Below are positions 25,411-33,507 of a stretch of 33,507 bases of DNA, piece by piece. The DNA is from Conidiobolus incongruus B7586. Its lineage: Eukaryota. The notes below the pieces were generated by a model. The model was not told the origin of the DNA. It worked only from the letters and a program-made list of their open reading frames with translations, and made no database searches. Both the position numbers and the translations under genes were made by a program. Positions within the stretch are counted from its first letter, which is position 1; every line of letters begins with the position of its first letter. The DNA lies in contig JNEM01013579.1 in assembly GCA_000697335.1 (NCBI GenBank), positions 1 through 33,507 of the forward strand, in the 5' to 3' direction.

Positions 25411-26961
25411 AAGAATAGATAAAAAGTAGTGATAAGTATCTAAATATAATATTAAATACCTATTTTATTAAATTATTAGTATATTTAAATATTATGTTAT
25501 TTTTTTAAGTAGGTAAAGATAGTTTTGTAATAATAAAAGAAGAAATAATATAACTAGAACAACTAAAGTTAATTAAAACATTAACAAGTATATCTATAAA
25601 ATATCTAGTTAAAATAAATAATAAAATGATAGCTAAAGGTAAGAAATCACAAAATAAATTAGTTACTAGAATATTTTTAATTTCTAATAATTTAATTAGT
25701 TAGATCTCTCTAGTATATATAGTTTAATTTTTAAAATCATTAGTCTATTAGAACTTTTGTGGATTAAATTAGAATTTGTTAACTAATTGTAAAAAAGATG
25801 ATTTTAAGGTAATATTATTATTATTTAAATTTGATTTATAGTTAATAGATTGGGATTGTTGAGAATTAAACAGATGTTATTTTCTAAGAAGATACTTATT
25901 AACTTTATTATTAACTTATGTCCTTTAACAATAATAACAACCTTTATTTATTCTCAAGTAAGCTTTAACTTCTTTACTAAAGGTTTTCTTATAGAGCTTT
26001 AAAGTAGAAACATCTATTATTTGAGATTTAGGTGGGGTAAAGTAAATTTTAAAAGATTAATTCTTGGGGTAAAAAAATTTAATTATAGAGTAAAAGATAT
26101 TATCAATTATAATTGTTATATCACAAATATTAAAAAAAGATATATTATTAAAATATTTTTTGTTAACTAATTAAAATTTTACTTGAAGATTAAAGTATTA
26201 TAATAACTTGTAGATTTATTCTTCTTTAGTGATATTTAATATATTTAAATATATTTAAATATATTTCATTGAATTTCTCAATTAATTACCTTATAGAAGT
26301 TTGTTATTTAAGTTAAAAAAACTTTTCTCTTGTTAATTAAATTTAATCTTTTAAATAATACCTTTCTTTAAAAGTTTTTCTAATTGTTTAAAAGTTTGTA
26401 TTCTTATAGTAAGTTATCCCCCAAAAAACTCTTTAGGATTAAACTTATAATAGGTTAATTATTAAATATAAATAAATTTTTCTAAAAAAAATGGTTAATT
26501 TAAAGATATTCTCTAAATCTTTATTAGAAATTAAATCAAGGTAATTTTTTATATTTTTAAAGTAGTTTTTAAGCTTATAAAGATTTTTAAAACTATCATA
26601 AGTGGTTAATTTGTTTTTAAAGATATTAAAGAGGTAGTTTGATATATATTAACTATAGTAAAATAATTAGTTTGTTAGATTTAAGTTTTTTAAGTTATGT
26701 TTTTCTTAACCAAAAGTTATTTAATATAAGCTTCTTAGAATGTAGTAAGTTTTTAAAAATTAAAGTCTTAAATTCACTTAATAATTAAATTACCATCATT
26801 ATTAAAATAGTATAAGGGTATTTTTTTAGTAGTATTATAGTGTATAATATTAAATTAAAGTAAAATAAATTATAAATAAGATTTAAAATAGTAATAAAAA
26901 AATTTAATACAGGTAATTATTAATTTCTAATAGATTTTTAATAGTTTTATTACTGCTACTA

Positions 26962-27355
26962 TATAAGTATAATAGTAAGTACTGATATAATATAAAGGAA
27001 AACTTAATATAAGAGTAGTATAACACAAAATATAGTATTATAATATAGCTATAGCATGCAAATATAAATAAAGTTTAATTAAGCTTCAAATTGGGATGAG
27101 TCATTGATATATTAAGATTTATATTAGGTAGTGCCAATATATTATAATATCAATAGGATATAATTTTATACTTAGAAATAATAGAAAAAATAAAAATAGT
27201 AAGTATTAAGAGGAAAAAAAACTAGTTTATTAGATAATTAAATGTTATTTATATAATTAATTTAATTATAAAAATATAAATTAATTATATAATTAATAGT
27301 TAATTGAAATATATGAGAAGTATATATAAGAATTTAAAGAACTAGTCTCTTAATA
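26962..27355 (-). repeat. 5' LTR of the Gypsy element
   Basis: Direct repeat of 21648-22044, adjacent to the PBS-like sequence at 26951-26961. Confidence 0.9.
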
Positions 27356-28168
27356 ATATTTTAATAAGTTTTATTTAACAATAGCTATTTTAATTTTTCT
27401 TAATCTTTAGTTAAATTATATATTACTTATTTTATATTTTTATTAATTAATTTAAGTTTAAATTTTAATATAAATATTTAATACTTATATAACCAATGTT
27501 AAAATATTTTGATAATTTTTTAACTAGAATAGAAAAATATTTTCTAATATATTTTTTTAACTTTATTAATAATCAAAAAACAATAGTTAAAATTTTGTTT
27601 TATAAAATTTTAATAGATTTTAGATAATATTTTCTTAAGTTTAAAATAATTTACCTAGTAATAAATTGTTGATTAAACTAATACTTTATTATTAAGGTTT
27701 GTTTATAAATTTGAAATAATTTTAAAAGATTGATGGTTAAGCTTTATTATTACCAAAATAAAGAACTTTAAGTGATTATTAATTTTAATATAATTAGGCA
27801 ACAAATTTCAAGACTAATTTTTTTAACCAAAAAAGCTATTATATATATATATAATTTAAAACTATATACTTTCTTATTTGTTTTGTATATATTTTATTAC
27901 TTGAAACTAATAATATATTTGAAAAATCTAAAATTAAAAAATTTCCCATTTTTTCAATTTTAAGCTAAAAATTGATTATTTTTATAATTTGTTTTTACTA
28001 ATTATTTATATAAAATCCTTTGTGCATCTTATTGAAAATAAAAAATATTATTATAAATATTTTTCTATTTACTTTTATTATAATATAATAGGTTTTAATT
28101 GAAGATTATCAAAAAACACTTTGAAAAAAAGGACTTTTAATTTGATTTATATATAATTTAATAATATT

Positions 28169-28423
28169 CTGGTTACTAAGATTATAACCCACTCAACTAA
28201 GAACTAATACATTTTGTCACATTATTTACTGCCGTGAAATGGCCTATAGAAGAACCATTGTTGGAATATATTTTCATCATCACCTCTCGTCTTCTGCGAA
28301 GCCTATTAAACCCTTAACAAAATTTAATAAAGCACCTTAAGCCAAACTACCAATCAAATCACAAGCAATCCGCTCCCTTCCCTATTAACAATGTCTTACT
28401 AGCAATCGGTAGAATCACAGTAT
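28169..28423 (-). ncRNA. Candidate structured non-coding RNA or repeat element, copy 2
   Basis: Homologous to 4066-4401 (18-mer at 28263-28280). Minus-strand helices CUACCGAU/AUUGGUAG, AGUAA-GACA-UUGUU, GCUU(U)AUUAAAU/GUUUAAUAGGC, AAUGGUU/GGCCAUU and GGUUAU-7nt-GUAACC. Confidence 0.45.
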
Positions 28424-29592
28424 TAAAATATATTGATTTTGAATTAAAATTTATGAAATCCTCTCATAATCTGAATATCCAATACTTTCGATTATAATAA
28501 ACAAAGTTTTCGTATTGTTTTGATAGTTTTAGATTGATAATTTGTTTCACCTTAAAATTACACCATATTAGTTTTTTAAACCTTATTTCATTATCTAATA
28601 ATTAATATTTCAAATTTTCAAAAGTTTTTATTATTTTTCTAAAAAATTTAAATCATTAAAACAGAGTAAATAAAGTCTATTTAAGTAGATTATATTATAC
28701 GATGCTTTTAGTTAACTTGTAAGCCTAAACACATTGTTACTATAAATTCTAGTTTCAACTTTTATGATATATAATCAATATTTTAATAAATCATAAAAAT
28801 TATATAATGAGAAATCATGCACCTATCATTGCCAAATATCACAAATTAAACAGTTAGATATATTAATATAGCGTGTATATAAAATAAAAATCTAATATAT
28901 CACGCTATACCAAAGCCGCTCAATATAAATCATTTTGTTTCTTAATATTAATATCAATATTATTTTGATACTGAAACCAAAATCCTAATTTAAATTATTT
29001 TCGCCATTGACATTATTATGCAAATAAATTTGAATTATCAATAATATAATCTTTATATTACTTCCATATATGAATAAATTAATATTCCAAATAATAATAT
29101 ATATTATGTAATATTTATGTATCCATAAATGAGTTTTATTTTACTTGAATTGGATTTTATATGGAATAAGTTAAATTCTTTAGTCAAATCAATTAAAAAA
29201 TACAAATTTATTAGATTTTTATATTACATTAAAATGAAATATATTCATTTCATTATATCTCATTAAACTTTGAGTTAAATAATATCAATAATTGGAGCTT
29301 TCTTTTTTTTAAATAGAAATTTAAAGTATGCGCTATCTTATTTAGTTAATTGTATGATATTACATATTTGAAAATTTAGTTCAATGTTCTACTTAAGTGT
29401 AATTAATAAGTTATTCCGCTAGTTGTATTTTATATATACCTATAAATATCAGGGTTATTTTATTAATATTTTCGAATATTTATAATATTTTAAGTTTAAT
29501 CAAAATTTCAAAAATTCAAGTTTTTTATTAAATTCATATAATTGTCTATTGAATAGAAGTAGAAATAAAATTCTAAATTGTAAAAATGTTAA

Positions 29593-31254
29593 TTATTCTT
29601 TCTTTATCTTGAACATGTAATTTTTAGTTAACTTTTTGATTACTTGATAAATTCCCAATAAAACCAATATTACCACAATAATTGCTAAAGCTGAAACAGT
29701 TAATAAAATGTCTATTTTATAAGCTTTAACAAAGGGCATTCGACTGTCAGCTTGTATATACGGCTCCATTTCACAAGGTATTTCAAAAGGTACAGGAGGT
29801 CGAAAACGTCTACAAATTTTAGCAGATTGAGCATAATGCTCCAAAAATTTTGCGTTTTCTTCTCTTCTACCATTGTTATAATAACTAATGAATTGGATAT
29901 GCTGGACCTTAGATTGTAATTCAATGTTATTCACTCTAGTCAATTCTTGAATTTTTGTATATAATTCATAGGAGTTGGTTTCCCATGCTTGGACAAAGTC
30001 TCCAATTCCTCTCTCTTTCAACAAGCGAGCGTTACGATGTTGATCACCAATTAATGGCATACATAAGATTGGAGTTCCAGAGTGAGTGCCTTCAAAAACA
30101 CTCTCAATACCTCCGTGAGATAGAAATAGCCGAGTATTTGGATGATTGAGAATAGAAGTTTGAGGAGCCCATTTTAGTATTTTTATTTGGGAGTGACTCC
30201 CCTCAATAATACTGTTAGTGGAATAGGTCCGTTCGTTCACCTTGTAAGTTGATGGAAAATTTTCAAAGTTTGTATTTGCTAACCCCCACAATACTCCGTC
30301 GATGGAACCCTTGTCAATTGCTAGTTGCATAGCTCCTATTAGCACTTCGAGAAGCTGTTTATTCAATATTATGCTTGATCCGAATGCTACATACATGGTT
30401 TTATGAGTGTCAAGAAATTGTTGTAGTTCGGCATCAAGTGGTGGAAAATCTTCATCAGTTGTAGGACCAGTTAATTTTACAGTCGATGGAATAGGTCGAG
30501 GCTCTTCAAGTCCAAAGTAAGTATTTGCAATTTTCATCTCTTGATCCAATGAACCCCACGGACTCGGATTAGATGGGATTCCATACTTTGCACGAACTTG
30601 ATTCACTTTATGAATCATAGGACTGAGAGTATAATGAATATAGAGAGGATCTATGACATCATGCTTGAATCTTTGATAAAAGTTCAGTGATTCAGTAGTG
30701 ATAGGCGAAGTATCAATATATTTAGTAATAAAAGGAGCACCTCCTACATCTAAATGTAATCCTTGTAGTGCTAAAATAAGTGGAATAGAATACTTCCTAG
30801 CAGCATCAGAACAAACAGTAGCGATTATGTCGCATATGATTAAATCCACCTTGTTAGTTTGGAATAAGTTTTCATAATTTTTGAAAGAATCTTGGAACGA
30901 TTGGGGAATTTGATTGGAAAATAATTGTGCCTGAGCTTCATAGGGTTTGTCCATCCAATCCTTCAAATTGATTTTCGATAAATCAATATTGGATTCAACC
31001 GCACTTCCTCCAATATCATATAAAGTGTAGTTATAGGGTTTGTTATATTTAAAATTGTCTTTGGAAGTTGCATAAATAATATTATGTTTTCTATCTTTCA
31101 GAACCTTTGAAATTTCTAATAGATATTTAATATGGCTTCTAGTACCGAATACAGCTGATACTACAATATTCAAAGGCTCAGCGTTCTTTTCGCTAGCTGT
31201 AATCAAATTGAGAAATAATCCCAAAAATAAAGTTAACAAAGTTGTTAATTTCAT
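29593..31254 (-). CDS. UDP-glycosyltransferase (GT1 family), membrane-anchored, 553 aa; paralogue of 18881-20563
   Basis: Signal peptide, GTRSH, DLIICD, WAPQTSILNHPNTRLFLSHGGIESVFEGTHSGTPILCMPLIGDQ, C-terminal TM helix, KIKKE tail. Confidence 0.95.
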   Translation of the reverse strand: MKLTTLLTLFLGLFLNLITASEKNAEPLNIVVSAVFGTRSHIKYLLEISKVLKDRKHNIIYATSKDNFKYNKPYNYTLYDIGGSAVESNIDLSKINLKDWMDKPYEAQAQLFSNQIPQSFQDSFKNYENLFQTNKVDLIICDIIATVCSDAARKYSIPLILALQGLHLDVGGAPFITKYIDTSPITTESLNFYQRFKHDVIDPLYIHYTLSPMIHKVNQVRAKYGIPSNPSPWGSLDQEMKIANTYFGLEEPRPIPSTVKLTGPTTDEDFPPLDAELQQFLDTHKTMYVAFGSSIILNKQLLEVLIGAMQLAIDKGSIDGVLWGLANTNFENFPSTYKVNERTYSTNSIIEGSHSQIKILKWAPQTSILNHPNTRLFLSHGGIESVFEGTHSGTPILCMPLIGDQHRNARLLKERGIGDFVQAWETNSYELYTKIQELTRVNNIELQSKVQHIQFISYYNNGRREENAKFLEHYAQSAKICRRFRPPVPFEIPCEMEPYIQADSRMPFVKAYKIDILLTVSALAIIVVILVLLGIYQVIKKLTKNYMFKIKKE

Positions 31255-33507
31255 ATTGCTTTAAGATTATTGAGAGTGATAGTAATATATATATATATCC
31301 AAAATTAAATAATAAATGAATAAATACATCCGAATTCTCAAATATTTCCCCTGTAAATGAAATTTTTGGAAATTGAATGATAAAAAATCATATAATAAGA
31401 ACAAAGAGCGAGAAATTAATTGCTGACCTATGAAATAATGGAGTTATTTATCGTCATTAATTCCATATAACTTTTGTAATTAAATATTTTTTTCATTTCA
31501 AAATGTATTTTGATTGGACAACCATTTAATTGTCAAACAAAATTTAATGAAAAATTACTTGTTTTAATTTTTAAAATTCTTAATTAATAATGATTGATAA
31601 CATACTATTTGACAGTTATTCCATTTATTAAAAAGACAATGATGATATTTAATATCTATCATTTCCATATTAATATGGTTAAAATACTATATTCATTTAT
31701 AATTATAAAGTGATAATAGCAAAATTTGTGGTATAATATATTATGTTGATTAATTATTAAAAAGATTTAAAGGATGGGTATATAATGATTAATGCCTTTG
31801 TTAATGATAACTTAATTAAACTCTCTAATTCTTGAATATTTTTATCAATTACTTTTAAACCAGCAAAATTATTTAGCCTCAAAATTTTATCAAATAAATT
31901 TCATATATGGAAAATAAAGAACACATTAGTTCATAATTGAAAATTCAGTTATAAAAATATTGAAACAATTTCTGTTTTTGCATATTAATTTAAAAATCAA
32001 AAATCTCATATAACTTATGATATATTAGGTAATAGATTTAAACAAGAAAATCAAAAAATTATTCAAATTCTACGATTTCAACAATCTTGTATTGACATTC
32101 TTATGGGACATGTTTAAGAAAAGCCTATTTTTATATTTTGATTGATATAATACTCATTAGTCTTTTATTAATTAAAAGAAAAATTATAAAATATACATAT
32201 TCATAGCGAAGTTATTTAAATTACTTCATATAACGCACATTTTACTATCAATCTTATTGATACTGTTTTATATAGTTCAGCATGTCCCAATAATACTTCA
32301 CCTTCATATCAAATTCTATTTGATTATATGGAAAATTGGTTAACAAATTATATCCATCAAATTAGGTAGTTTCCAGTCATTCAACTCAATGTTTCCCAAA
32401 GAATTGACTAAATTAATTAACCAGCCTTTTTGAGATATTTAATTGAATTATTTATGTTATTTTTTGTATTTTGTTTTTTGTTTTTTGTAAATAGGGATCA
32501 ATATTAAAAAAGGCTTTGGAATTTGATTTAGTATTTCAGTTTATTAATCGAACTTTTTAATATTTTAGTAATATATATTTTCAAATTATATTATTAATAA
32601 GATATTATAATAAAATATCCTTTTTCCTCTTTTTTCCACTTCTGGGTTTAAAAAATTATTTCATAAATAATATAAAATTTGAATCAATTTTAATAATACA
32701 CTAAAAAATATGATTTTATTTTGAAACGAAAAGCTTTTTTAATTAAAGAGTAATATTAACTGAGGTATTAGATCATAATAAATAAGAATTATTAAAATAT
32801 TTTAAATTATACTCTAATTATTTATTTTTATAAGAATTATTCAGTATATGAATATCAATGTATTGAGTGTTCCTATTAAAAGATGCTATATGACAAGGAT
32901 AAAAAATGATTTAGTTAATTGAAAATGCTTATTATATTAAAAAAATTATAAAAATGAAACAACCTTTCTTTGGTTTATATATTACTTTAGTTAATATTTG
33001 AAATCTTTATTTTTACTGATTAAAGATGACCTTCAAAAATGGAAATTTTATTATTAATTTTCTATATATCAAAACTTTTTGATCTATCAATAATTGAGGT
33101 TTATAATATTAATTACGAAATATACTAGTAATAATAAATTAAAAAAATTTTTAATAGTTATTTTGATTATTTTAATATAAATTTATTAAAAAATTATTTC
33201 TAAAGAATAATTTTAATATTATTATTTATAAACAAAATAGCAAAAATATCAATTTTTTTTATTTTTATTATAATTTTTTGTTTTTATTATTTTTATATAA
33301 TTAAATAATTGAAAAATATCAAATATAATTAAAATAGGAATAGTTTTGTATATTATATTTATTAATTTTTACCATTATAATTTTAATTTAAATAAAAATC
33401 TTACTATATTATAACTATCTTGATATAATTGAATTAATTTTTTATAGATATATTTAGGTTTTAAAAAGATTAAATTTTAAATAAATATCATCATTGTTTA
33501 ATAAAAT

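Larger units (their letters stand above)
21648..27355 (-). mobile_element. Full-length Ty3/Gypsy chromovirus-type LTR retrotransposon, heavily mutated
   Basis: Direct LTRs with a 5-bp TSD ATATT (21643-21647, 27356-27360). PPT-like AAGGGAG before the 3' LTR and PBS-like TAGTAGCAGTA after the 5' LTR. Domain order PR-RT-RH-IN-chromodomain. Confidence 0.93.
20973..27967 (-). mobile_element. Mariner copy 2, split by the Gypsy insertion (5' part 27967-27356, 3' part 21647-~20973)
   Basis: The reverse complement of 27356-27967 is colinear with 16051-~16675 (TIR, ATTTTTCAAATATATTATTAGTTTCAA, (TA)n, ACAATTTATTACTAGGTAAATT). The reverse complement of 20973-21647 continues it (ATTATAATTGATGAAT; CTAGTATATTCACTAAACTATAACTTATGTGATTATAATTG). 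The lower boundary is approximate. Confidence 0.85.

Overview
Extremely AT-rich eukaryotic DNA, probably from an early-diverging (Entomophthorales/Conidiobolus-like) fungus; this origin is inferred from gene style, not shown by the sequence. There are three intact intronless genes: a secreted Ser/Thr-rich protein (11025-11666) and two convergent membrane-anchored UDP-glycosyltransferases (18881-20563 +, 29593-31254 -). They sit among nested, heavily C>T/G>A-mutated transposons. Two inverted copies of a ~4.5 kb DD34E Tc1-like element (1-3401, 4456-8953) each carry the same solo LTR and a spliced transposase with a long C-terminal extension. Two inverted DD34D mariner copies flank the first UGT, and a full-length chromodomain Ty3/Gypsy element (21648-27355) splits the second mariner. 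The least explained signal is a ~255-335 nt non-coding element present twice (4066-4401, 28169-28423), whose minus strand folds into several helices kept intact by compensatory and G-U-compatible substitutions: a candidate unannotated structured RNA.
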